DNA from: Eledone cirrhosa
Lineage: Eukaryota
DNA length: 64,000 nt
Reading direction: 5' to 3'
NCBI GenBank assembly: GCA_964016885.1
Contig: OZ024757.1
Span: 16,926,001-16,990,000 of the forward strand
Under the pieces are notes generated by a model. That model worked only from the letters and a program-made list of their open reading frames with translations, had not been told where the DNA came from and did not search any database. Shown here one piece after another: positions 27,820 to 39,098 of this stretch. Positions within the stretch are counted from its first letter, which is position 1. Each line of letters begins with the position of its first letter. The position numbers and the translations under genes are program-made.

Positions 27820-28945
27820 CTGGCAATCAATGTTATGGTTTCTCAAAGAGTTCTTTCATCACACACCTGTGACATCATCAGTGATATTAATGTTTCCTCC
27901 CATTGTATTGCTGTAGCGTTTTCTTATTCTATTTTATTTATTTATTGTTGTCAGTTTGCATGTGTGTTTGTGTCTGAGTGTTTGTATTCTATCTTTGGTC
28001 ACTAGTATATGTTTGTGTGGATGTTATTGTACCTGTTTATATTTATATTTATCTTAGATCACTATTGTGTGTTTGTGTATGGTTGTTATTATTCCATTCA
28101 TGTTTTCTGTTCAGCTTTGGTTTTCTAAATTCTATTTCAGTTGCTTCTCTAATTTGACTACTTATTGAGTCATTTCTATGTTTAAATATTATTTTAATTC
28201 CTATGTTGTCTACATTACCATCATGTCTTAATATGGCATGTTCATATAGTACCGAACAGTCTTTTTGTCCTTTTAGTTCACCCTAGTGTTCATCTATTCT
28301 CTCTCCTATGTATGTCGCCATGTTTCAGCAGGCACCTTCTGTGCATCTTATGCTGTGAACTACATTTCTAGTTTTACAATTTATTTGTGGATTTATTCTA
28401 CATATAACATATTTCTTATAAGTACAGTGGGTTATCTTAAAGGGGTTAAGTTTTACTGATCAGGGATTTTATGGTACTTCCTGGTTTTTCTACCACTTTA
28501 ATCTTTAAATGTGTCTTTCTTAGGGCCTTTCTAAATTGGTCAGTTACTTCACCTCAACGAATATGACACTCTGGTATCTCTGGTTATCATACCATGAAGT
28601 GTCTTTCCCTATGTTATTCCATGATTTACTTCTGTACAATGGGCAAATCCCTTTCATGTCCATCTCTATGAGGGTCTTATATTTCTCCATGGCTCCTGTG
28701 TACAACCTGATTCTGTCTTTTTGGCTGTAGCCAGAGAACTGCATGCAATTAATGAAGTTTTGGACGTGTCTCTCCAGTGCAGTTGGATTGCACGTGCAGG
28801 ACACAAATTTCATCACTCTTAACAAGTCTGCGATCAGGATATTAAACTTAGCACTATTGGACATCGCTGAGTTTTTATGTATTAGCTATTTGGAGGCCAT
28901 GGGTTTAGCATAATGTGAGTGGAGGATTTGGGTTTTCTCATTTAT
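27820..28945 (-). mobile_element. Penelope-like element remnant (RT thumb, GIY-YIG endonuclease, 3' pseudo-LTR)
   Basis: Minus strand: HYAKPMASK*LIHKNSAMSNSAKFNILIADLLRVM...MQFSGYSQKDR...PLYRSKSW, then KIKVVEKPGSTIKSLI, NCKTRNVVHSIRC and TYIGE; a hammerhead-like motif follows downstream at 27841-27886. Confidence 0.85.
27841..27886 (-). ncRNA. Minimal type I hammerhead ribozyme motif (decayed) in the Penelope-like pseudo-LTR
   Basis: Minus strand reads TATCA-CTGATGA-T-GTCACA-GGTG-TGTGAT-GAAA-GAAC-TC-TTTGAGA: both core boxes and a 6-bp stem II are present; stem I is imperfect. Confidence 0.65.
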
Positions 28946-29668
28946 AGTATGTCAATAATAGTTGCCATAATAATAATAATTGCAATAATAGTTGCCATAA
29001 TAGATTGGGTTTTTCTCTGATTAGAAATAATTAGTTGAGTATAACAATTTGTCTCTTCTGCCAGAGCTTCGAAGAAAGTCTGTGGCAAAAACAAAAAGAC
29101 ATGATCCAGTGGCTGAGCATTTGGAGATAGAGTGTGTTATGGAACAGTTTTTTCAATGAAATCAGAAATATGTATTGGTGTTCTTTGGCCATGTCACTGT
29201 AATATTTTCTAAGGTGTCTGGGAGATCTTCTTCACATTCAATATCAAAATAACAATCATTGTTGGATGACAATTCAGAAATATATATGTCCGATTCATTT
29301 TGAAATAAATCAGTTATTTTTTTCTTCATAAGTAAAACCTTCAGTCAGTAATTGCTACTTTCAGAAGCCATATTGATAAACACAAAAAAAATCAGTTTTA
29401 CTTCTAACATTAAAACAACGCATGGTGTCACAAGTTTCACTATATTTAATATTGTATATTCACAGTAAAGTCTTTATCTCATATAATCTCGAAACTACGA
29501 GATTTTGATGACATCATTGTTTATTTTCAGAACAATATCTTAAAGTCAGTATGAGCAGCCAGTTTGAACAGAAAGAGGGGAGAGAATTTTGGCTGAATAT
29601 GGCTGGTTTAAATAAATTTGTAGTAAAGTGACTTTTGTTTAAAACAATGATTTAGCACAGATATAAAT

Positions 29669-30856
29669 TCATGGTCTTTCTTCTATATGAATATGCTTGT
29701 GTCTAGTTACACTATATGAGTAAGAGAATGACTTACCACAGATATCACAGGAATATGGTTTCTCTCCTATATGAATACGTTTGTGTCTAATTAAGTCACC
29801 ATTGCGAGAGCATATTTTACCACAGATATCACAGGAATGTAGCTTCTCTGCTGTATGAATATGTTTGTGTCTAGATAAAGCATTTTGATGAGAGAATGAT
29901 TTACTACAAATATCACAGGTATATGGCTTCTCTCCTGTATGAATGTTTTTGTGGCAATTTAGGGTATATTTTTTAGAGAACGATTTACCACATATATCAC
30001 AATGATATGGTTTTTCTCCTGTATGAGTACGTTTATGAGTAGTTAAGTCACTACTGCCAGTGAATGATTTACCACAAATATCACAGTGATATGGCCTCTC
30101 ACCTGTATGAATACGTTTGTGTTTAATCAAATGACTACTTACAGAAAATGATCTATCACAGATATCACATTGATATGGCTTCTCACCTGTATGACTACGT
30201 ATGTGTATAATCAAGAGACTATGGAGAGGGAATGATTTACCACAAATATCACAGAGATATGGTTTCTCTCTTGTGTGAATATGTTTATGTCTAATTACAT
30301 CACTAACAGAGAATAATTTACCACAGATATCACAATATGACTTCTCTTCTGTATGAATAATTTTGTGTCTCGTGAAATAACTTCTTGACGAGAATGATTT
30401 ACCACAGATATCACAGTGATACGGCTTCTCTCCAGTATGAACACGTTTGTGTCTATTCAAGTGACTACTTTCAGTGAATGATTTACCACAGATAGCACAG
30501 TGGTGTGGTTTCTCTCCTGTATGAATACGTCTGTGTTTAGTTAAGTCACTGCTTGCAGGGAATGACCTACCACAGATATTACACTGGTATGGCTTCTCTC
30601 CTGTATGAGTACGTTTGTGAGTAATTAGGTGATGTTTCTGAGAGAATGATTTACCACAAATAATACAGAAATATGGCTTCTCTCCTGTGTGAGTACGTAT
30701 ATGAGAAGTTAAGTTGCTAGACTGTGAGAATGATTTACCACAGATATCACAGTCATATGATGTTTTTCTTATCTCTTTCAGCTTCTCATCAGGGAAATCA
30801 ATGTTTTGTGGCTCTGTTTTACATTCAACTTTGTCCTTACTGAATTCAGTCTCCAT
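29669..30856 (-). CDS. C2H2 zinc-finger protein, 395 aa, 13 tandem fingers, single coding exon
   Basis: Uninterrupted ORF with 13 CxxC...HxxxH units, mostly joined by TGEKP-type linkers; short N-terminal leader with no recognisable effector domain. Confidence 0.95.
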   Translation of the reverse strand: METEFSKDKVECKTEPQNIDFPDEKLKEIRKTSYDCDICGKSFSQSSNLTSHIRTHTGEKPYFCIICGKSFSQKHHLITHKRTHTGEKPYQCNICGRSFPASSDLTKHRRIHTGEKPHHCAICGKSFTESSHLNRHKRVHTGEKPYHCDICGKSFSSRSYFTRHKIIHTEEKSYCDICGKLFSVSDVIRHKHIHTREKPYLCDICGKSFPLHSLLIIHIRSHTGEKPYQCDICDRSFSVSSHLIKHKRIHTGERPYHCDICGKSFTGSSDLTTHKRTHTGEKPYHCDICGKSFSKKYTLNCHKNIHTGEKPYTCDICSKSFSHQNALSRHKHIHTAEKLHSCDICGKICSRNGDLIRHKRIHIGEKPYSCDICGKSFSYSYSVTRHKHIHIEERP

Positions 30857-30990
30857 ATTGTTTTCTCTTCAATTCAAGTTTTATTCCTAACAAAATATAG
30901 CTTCTGCTATATTTCCATCAACTGTCATCTTCGTTGATATCTGAAGATATGAGTCCAAGTTGTGAAGTAAAAGAATTTTGTTAATAATCT

Positions 30991-32097
30991 CAGTTCAGAT
31001 GAAATATTTCACAGTAATTCCACCATAGATTTATATAAGTTGAGATGGAATATTTCACAGTAATACCATCATAGATTTATATAAGTTGAGATGGAATATT
31101 TCACAGTAATACCACCATAGATTTATATAACTTGAGATGGAATATTTCACAGTAATACCACCATAGATTTATATAAGTTCAGAAGGAATATTTCACAGTA
31201 ATACTGCCATAGATTTATATAAGTTCAGAAGGAATATTTCACAGTAATACTGCCATAGATTTATATAAGTTGAGATGGAATATTTCACAGTAATACCACC
31301 ATAGATTTATATAAGTTGAGATGGAATATTTCACAGTAATACCACCATAGATTTATATAAGTTCAGAAGGAATATTTCACAGTAATACTGCCATAGATTT
31401 ATATAAGTTCAGAAGGAATATTTCACAGTAATACTGCCATAGATTTATATAAGTTGAGATGGAATATTTCACAGTAATACTGCCATAGATTTATATAAGT
31501 TGAGATGGAATATTTCACAGTAATACTGCCATAGATTTATATAAGTTCAGAAGGAATATTTCAGAGTAATACCACCATAGATTTATATAAGTTCAGAAGG
31601 AATATTTCACAGTAATACTGCCTATAGATTTATATAAGTTGAGATGGAATATTTCACAGTAATACTGCCATAGATTTATATAAGTTGAGATGGAATATTT
31701 CACAGTAATACCATCATAGATTTATATAAGTTCAGAAGGAATATTTCACAGTAATACCACCATAGATTTATATAAGTTGAGATGGAATATTTCACAGTAA
31801 TACCATCATAGATTTATATAAGTTGAGATGGAATATTTCACAGTAATACTGCCATAGATTTATATAAGTTGAGATGGAATATTTCACAGTAATACCATCA
31901 TAGATTTATATAAGTTGAGATGGAATATTTCACAGTAATACTGCCATAGATTTATATAAGTTGAGATGGAATATTTCACAGTAATACTGCCATAGATTTA
32001 TATAAGTTGAGATGGAATATTTCACAGTAATACCATCATAGATTTATATAAGTTCAGAAGGAATATTTCACAGTAATACTGCCATAGATTTATATAA
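30991..32097. repeat. 46-bp minisatellite, ~24 copies, just upstream of the ZNF start codon
   Basis: ATAGATTTATATAAGTTGAGATGGAATATTTCACAGTAATACCACC recurs at 31025, 31071 and onward. Confidence 0.97.
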
Positions 32098-32254
32098 ACA
32101 ATGTTATATCTGTTCTAAATAACATTTTCATTTCCTGCCAAAGTCATTTCATATTCTGAAATAAAAGAGAAATAGAGAAAAATATGTGTGAAATCATCAT
32201 GTTTACAGGCTACAGCTACATCTTAAGATTGTGTAACATTATATATATGTTAAA

Positions 32255-32440
32255 CAGTGGATTGGCAGTATCGGTAGAACGTCAGACACCATGCTTTGCA
32301 GTATAGAGTTATGGCCCTTCACGTTCTGAGTACAAATCCCACCGAGGTTAACTTTGCCTTTCATCCTTAACGGGTCAATAAAATAAAGCACCAGTAATGT
32401 ACTGGGATAATTGCTGGCCTTGTGCCAAAAGTAGAAACAA
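32255..32440 (+). mobile_element. SINE family B copy
   Basis: GTGGATTGGCAGTATCGGTAGA...GAGGTTAACTTTGCCTTTCATCC...GGCCTTGTGCCAAAAGTAGAAACAA. Confidence 0.88.
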
Positions 32441-32498
32441 TTGTATATATATTAAACTACAGCTACACCATCAGATTGTGTAACATTGTGTTAAACTA

Positions 32499-32681
32499 CG
32501 GTGGATTGGCAGTATCAGTAGAGGGTCGGACGCCATGCTTTCCAGCATAGTTACGTCCCTTTACGATCCGAGTTCAAATCCCGCCGAGGTTGACTTTGCC
32601 TTTCATCCTTACGGGGTCGATAAAATAAAGTACCAGTAATGCACTGGGTAATTGCTGGCCTTGTGCCTAAAGTAGAAACAA
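32499..32681 (+). mobile_element. SINE family B copy
   Basis: Same consensus, with B-box-like GAGTTCAAATCC; flanked by TGTGTTAAACTACGG on both sides. Confidence 0.9.
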
Positions 32682-33614
32682 TTATGTGTTAAACTACGGC
32701 TACACCTTAAAGTTGTGTAACATTATATGTGTTAAACTACAGCTACACCTTAAAGTTGTGTAACATTGTGTTAAACTACAGCTACACCATCAGATTGTGT
32801 AACATTATATATGTGTTAAACTACAGCTACACCATCAGATTGTGTAACATTATATATGTGTTAAACTACAGCTACACCATCAGATTGTGTAACATTATAT
32901 GTGTTAAACTACAGCTACACCTTAAAGTTGTGTAACATTATATATGTGTTAAACTACAGCTACACCATCAGATTGTGTAACATTATATGTGTTAAACTAC
33001 AGCTACACCATCAGATTGTGTAACATTATGTATGTGTTAAACTACAGCTACACCATCATATTGTGTAACATTATATATGTGTTAAACTACAGCTACACCA
33101 TCAGATTGTGTAACATTATATATGTGTTAAACTACAGCTACACCTTAAAGTTGTGCAACGTTATATATGTGTTAAACTACAGCTACACCATCAGATTGTG
33201 TAACATTATATATGTGTTAAACTACAGCTACACCATCAGATTGTGTAACATTATATATGTGTTAAATTACAGCTACACCATCAGATTGTGTAACATTATA
33301 TGTTAAACTACAGCTACACCATCAGATTGTGTAACATTATATGTGTTAAACTACAGCTACACCTTAAAGTTGTGTAACATTATATATGTGTTAAACTACA
33401 GCTACACCATCAGATTGTGTAACATTATATATGTGTTAAACTACAGCTACACCTTAAAGTTGTGCAACATTACATATCAATAAAGGTATATATGAAAGCA
33501 TATGTGATTTGTTTATGTATAATATAATTCTCGCTCTGTTATAAGCTATCTCAGTAGATCTGGTTAAAGTACAGCAATATGTTCAGATTGTGTAACAATA
33601 TATGTTAAACTATT

Positions 33615-33798
33615 GCGGTGGATTGGCAGTATCGGTAGAGGGTCGGACGCCATGCTTTCCAGCATAGTTACGTCCCTTTACGATCTGAGTTCAAATCCCG
33701 CCGAGGTTGACTTTGCCTTTCATCCTTACGGGGTCGATAAAATAAAGTACCAGTAATGCACTGGGTAATTGCTGGCCTTGTGCCTAAAGTAGAAACAA
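33615..33798 (+). mobile_element. SINE family B copy
   Basis: Nearly identical to the 32499 copy; flanked by AATATATGTTAAACTAT on both sides. Confidence 0.9.
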
Positions 33799-35522
33799 AT
33801 ATATGTTAAACTATACAAATGTATATAGACTACACCAGCAGTAGGTAAGTCACATTTTCATTTTACATACAATCTGCCAAGCAAAGGGTTGGGATGACCC
33901 TCCAGTTGTTTCAAAGACATGACAACCTCCCTAATGTTGGTGATCGACAAGATAAATGCACACAATATATGCTGTAAAGTGATCGGAAGGGTGTCCAGCC
34001 ATAGAAACTTACCAAATAAAGGGTTAAGAGGACCCTTCACTCGTTTCAAGGACATGACAACCTCCTTAATGGCGATTTACATGATGAATGCACCCAGTAC
34101 ATGCTAAAAAGTGGTTGGTGATAGGAAGGGTATCTAGTTGTAGAAAGCTTGCCAAACTTCAGTTGTGTCAAAGACATAACAACCAGTTGTGCTGGTGCCA
34201 CAATAAAATGCACTTGGTAGAATGTAGAGCCATATGTAAGGAAGATCTGAACCCTGGGCCTGTCAGTAGCTACGCTTCTGTCGGTGAAGACCTGCCCAAC
34301 CCTTGCTAGCAGGGAAAGAAGAGGTTAAATGGTGGTGATAATACATTCACTGTGTACCATGTATTTTAAATTGAACAACATGGTCCTTCTTAGGAATGAT
34401 GTACAGCTAGGGCTACATCATCTAATGTGAACCTCCCTTTTTCTGACGTTACTGTGTAAAGGAGGGAAAATTTAGTTACTATTATTTTTAGCCCTAACTT
34501 AGCAAGACTTACATTAAAGCAGCTTGTTTTATAGGTAAATATTTACTATTACACTCTTCTTTCTTCTTCATCATATTATTCTGGGCAGAGTCGTGAGGGG
34601 AGGGGGCGGAGTCCTCAAACACGCTTTTCGTCCTGTAAGAAACAACTGTCTCTAATTGATCCGGGTAGATTCCCAAAAGAGACCAACCGATCTCATGGAT
34701 GTTATCCAACAATCTTGCTCGTGGTTTTCTTCTGGTTCTCCTGTCGGTCGGGTTTGCCCGTAAAATCTGTCTAACGATTCTTTCCTTAGAAATTCTAACT
34801 ACATGTCCGTAGTAACGGCGATGTGATCTCTCAATTCGGAGAAACAGCGACTGAAGTTTTTGTCGGTAAATGTTTCATAACACGAATATGGACTTTAAAC
34901 CCGTTATAATCTATTAGTTTTTTTTTTTTAAATGATTTCCCCATAACACGACTCTCATCGATTGATTCCATCTCAGTCCTGACTGAACAAGAAGTACACG
35001 GAATAGGTAAATATTTTATTATTACACAAATAAGGCTTTCAAAATAGTCATAAATTATTTGTTTCAGTTGTTCCCCAGTCAGGAACTCCATAACACATAT
35101 CTCAAAGACGAGTGGCATAATAAGAATTTACTGTTTTATCAAACAAGAAAATTATATTAACAAAGAAAAGACAGTTAGGTGAATAAAATATTACATTAAT
35201 AAAACAAATACCTCGTTTTAAATCTGCTTCAGTAATTAGTGTTGAATTGGTAGCAATCGCCTCAGTCTTTCTTTATTATTATTCATAAACTATCGGTGAA
35301 CGTAGTGATGTAGCTAAGTATTCTTTGCTAGTAGAATATGGTAGACGGTAACAGCACAGAAATCTGTTGCACGTATAATTAGTTAATTAATAAACTTAAA
35401 TAACATTTAATGTTTAATAATTGTTTCTACGTTAGGCACAAGGCCAGCAAATATTCAGTGCATTACTGGTACTTTATTTTATCGACCCCGTAATGAATGG
35501 AAAGAAATCTATAGCTACACTA

Positions 35523-35550
35523 CCGGAAGTGGTTGCTTAGATCACGTGAC
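35523..35550. promoter_or_regulatory. Candidate ZNF promoter: ETS motif plus extended E-box
   Basis: CCGGAAGTG (35523-35531) and GATCACGTGAC (35540-35550) lie 8 bp apart in a locally CpG-richer, repeat-poor region, ~310 bp upstream of a minus-strand donor-like site GAG|GTATTT at 35212/35211. Confidence 0.55.
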
Positions 35551-36039
35551 CAACGTTACGGTGTAAATATATAAAAATTAACTTTTAAAAAATGTAATAC
35601 GTATGTATTTATATATATTTACATTGATATATTTGACAATGTGAGACTCCTGAAAGGAGAAAATTACTGTAATAACAGTCAATCGGTACAAATAATAGCT
35701 GAGAGATAAATCGGGTAAAATACAAGAAATTGGGCAGATGTAAAAGGTGAAAACGTTTTGTTAATCTGTTTGTTTACAGTTAAATCTGGCTTTCTTGATT
35801 TGAAGGAAAGTTGGCTGTTATTTCAAGCAAATTGACCGAAAACGTAGAGAGAATTTGTTGGTGTTTACGTTCATCAACAAACCAGGCCTGACTGACACCA
35901 AGACAAGACGACCTGTCATGTGTATGATCAATGACATTCCAACTGTGACTATTCTATGTTTATATGAGTATATGACATGTTCGAATGTGTTTGAAGTGAA
36001 AACTGAGATAGATATCAGGCGTTAGTTCGACACCTTAAT

Positions 36040-36402
36040 GAAAGGCTCTTCTTGAGATCAATACATATCGGACTGTGGAAGAAATTCTCAGACATTCACT
36101 TAACTCACTAGATAACATGAAAGTCCTGCGGAGAGCCGAGTCGTGGACGCTGCGGAGGGTGATCACGGAACGCTGGTGCCGCCTGACTGGCCATATTCTG
36201 CGCCTGCCAAACGAAAAACACTCGAAAACGGCGATGAACTGGACTCCACTTGGGTTGCCCCAGGATCACTTGGCGACAAACGTTCCAAAAATGACCTGTT
36301 GGCAGTCAACATCACTTGGCACGGACGCGAAAATGCCGTCGCTGATCGTGATCGTTGGCGACTACTTACTGCTCGAGGCGCAGAAAAACCTAAGACTAAG
36401 AC
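36040..36402 (+). mobile_element. 3' end of an RTE-like LINE
   Basis: VLRRA...RLTGHILRLPNEKHSKTAMNWTP and AVADRDRWRLL, ending in a short tandem tail CTAAGACTAAGACT. Confidence 0.75.
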
Positions 36403-37579
36403 TCAATAACATGATACATTTTTTATATAAGATAGGTTCTATTTGTCTACAGACTGAACACAATATTAAAGTGTCCTTCATTGTTTTAAAACGTGACCAA
36501 AGGGAAATATTTGGCTGCTATTTCTAGAAGGTCCTAACGCCACAAATATGTCAACTAATTTTATTTTTACTTTAATAAATAATATATTTTCTCGAACATC
36601 TTTCTTATTTTGTGCAGTTATTACTATTGATAGTGGTTGTTTCAGACCCCTGCCTTGCCTGACCCCGACAGATTTATGTTTTAAGATTGTTACCACTATG
36701 AACAACGAAAAAGTTAGTCGGGTTAATGATTCGAGGGAGAATCTGGGTCCTATTTCTAGCAGGGTGAACGACTGAGCACGCACATTATATATATATATAT
36801 AATACTATGGGGAGGGAGTCATAGGTCTGAAGCAAAGTGTAGTAGCTATGCCTCCGAGGCCGGAGGATGTCCGAGGAGTAGAAACAATGGTATTAGAGGT
36901 AGGTGGGCGATTATATCTGTGGACCAGAGACTGGAGAGTGTCTATGAATGGTTTTTATCTGAATGTACTCTTGGAAGCTAATGTGAGCACTGTCCCAAAT
37001 GTGGAAGGTTTGAAGTAATATCTAGCCGTAAAAAGAACGGCCAATAATTGATAGATATGCAGTCCTAGCTATGTTAACAATGTATATAACAAACATATTT
37101 ACAAATGTGTCTATAATTTTAACAAACCAATACAGTTATACATAGTTAATATAAAAGATATAACTTTACCTTTCACAAAGACTTTTCTTTCTGGAACTAC
37201 CGGTGTTACATGAATTATATCCCCGTTGTAACATATTACATCCCTGTAACTTTGAATTGTGTTCACATTACCGGCAGGTTACGATAAAATACAATTCAAA
37301 TTACACACCTGGGGGCAGCTTCAATGTGATTTCATCTTACAACCTATAATTTCAGATTACCCCTCAAATCATTGAATAAAATATAAAACTATTCTACTAT
37401 GCTCAAACGAAACTGACGATGTTTATCTCAATGCCTATAGTTTCTGTGAATATATTGTCTACATGCATTAAATATATATATAATTTCTAATATACAGTGT
37501 ACTGAATATAAATATTTATCATTAAATTATATATAAACAGAGTGACGGAGATACATATACTGTACATACACAAACATAT

Positions 37580-37990
37580 ATCATCACCGTTAGCATGGGG
37601 TAGACAAGTTGCCTTGTTGTGCCATAGGCCAGGTCAGGTGACCATGCCTTGCTCATAGTGTCTCTTGGTTTCTACAGCTGAATGCTCTTCCTAACGCCAA
37701 CTACATTTACACTGTAGACTGGGTGCTTTTTGTTGTGACACATACACGACCAATTTCCAGTGTAAACTTTGGTCGTAAAGGTGTGTAGGGAGGTGGGTAT
37801 ATAAGTGCGTGAGGAGCGGAGTGTCATAGCCTTTCAGCGGTGCAAGGTCAGCATTTATCACCTCATTCAAAGTCTTCTTACTCCATAGCTTCCTACACCT
37901 TCCTATACAGCTGTCATCCTTCATACTCATCCCATGTCCATACCAACGCAATCTCCTCTCCTGCACACCGTATCTGATTCTTCTTATACC
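37580..37990 (-). mobile_element. RTE-like LINE 3' fragment with tail
   Basis: QERRLRWYGHGMSMKDDSCI...KKTLNEVINADL, followed by tail sequence shared with SINE-A (GTTAGGAAGAGCATTCAGCTGTAGAAA). Confidence 0.7.
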
Positions 37991-38096
37991 TAATTACTGT
38001 TTGTTTATGCTTTGCCATTACACAATCTGCCTTTCATTTTTAGGGAAAAGCCTTTTATAGCTAGCAGAGGTATTATCTCCCTGAACCCACAGTTTG

Positions 38097-38426
38097 CATC
38101 ATCATCATCATTTTACGTCCGCTTTTCCCTGCTTGCAAGGGTGGGACGGGAACTGATTCTGGCTTGATTTCTACAGCTGGATGCCCTTCCTAACACCAAC
38201 CTCATTTACAGTGAGTGCTGGGTGCTTTTTTGCCGTGGCACCTCCACGACCACTTTGCAGTGGAATGATAAGGACCCCATTCCCTATCATCTCATTTCTA
38301 CAGCTGAGTAAAGTGGAGCAATGTGAAATAAAGTGTCTTGCCCAAGGAAACAACACATTACCTGGTCTGAGAATTGAACTCACAACCTTTCGATTGCAAG
38401 GACAATGCTCTAACCACTAAGCCATG
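38097..38426 (-). mobile_element. SINE family A copy
   Basis: Reverse complement of the 26833 copy, with (CAT)n tail on the left. Confidence 0.92.
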
Positions 38427-38936
38427 CATATATATATATATATATTTATATATAAATCTATTTGTATATAGACAGGGACCCCTCTATATAATTGCCAAAT
38501 TATTTTACTGAACCCAATCTCATAAGGTATTGTGAAGGTACACAGTTTTGTGGTTAGGGTGATACCTTTCAGATCAGCTACCACCTTACAGAGTGTGCTG
38601 TGCTTTACCATTGAACCAAAACTAAGTTTACAGGGTTTACAGGGTGCATTATCACTAGAGCTTCTCACATGCTAGGCCAGACTGGAGAGTCCTCCCCAAT
38701 CTTGAGTTGGCTCTGACTCTCTGGTCACTCACCATATTTACTTTTCATGCTGCAGTGCTACAACTTATGAGTGTTTAGCATTATGGCATATCACTGATCA
38801 GCTCAGACTTTCTTGTCATCTACTTCATTAGGTAGTTCTCTCGCTCTGATCGATTGACAAGATCCCAGACCTCATTCGCTTGCCGAGTGGGGTGGACCTC
38901 GTCAAATCAGACCGAGGAAAGTGTTTCCATTGCTGA

Positions 38937-39098
38937 TGAATCACTTGTACATGCCTGCACCTGTGTCACAAATGAATCACCTGTACACGCCTGCACCTGT
39001 GTCATAAAGGGATCACCTGTACATGCCTGCCCCTGTCGTAAATGAAACAATTGTACATGCCAGCACCTGTCATAAATGAATCACCTGTACAAGCCTGA
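38937..39098. repeat. ~30-bp tandem repeat, 5-6 copies
   Basis: TGAATCACCTGTACATGCCTGCACCTGTCATAAA variants. Confidence 0.8.

Larger units (their letters stand above)
32205..33472. repeat. ~45-bp minisatellite (39-45 bp variants) interrupted by SINE-B copies
   Basis: TTAAACTACAGCTACACCATCAGATTGTGTAACATTATATATGTG in tandem; this explains the repetitive ORFs at 32729 and 32989. Confidence 0.95.

Noticed and set aside
30991-32097. Short regular repeats (also 49176-50322 and 60824-61790) as CRISPR arrays
   Set aside because: Units are head-to-tail with no unique spacers, there are no cas genes, and the context is eukaryotic with spliceosomal introns.
38181-38420. Recurrent 79-aa ORF MPFLTPTSFTVSAGCFF... 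(also at 47688, 50856, 58835)
   Set aside because: Antisense reading of SINE-A; conserved only because the repeat copies are young.
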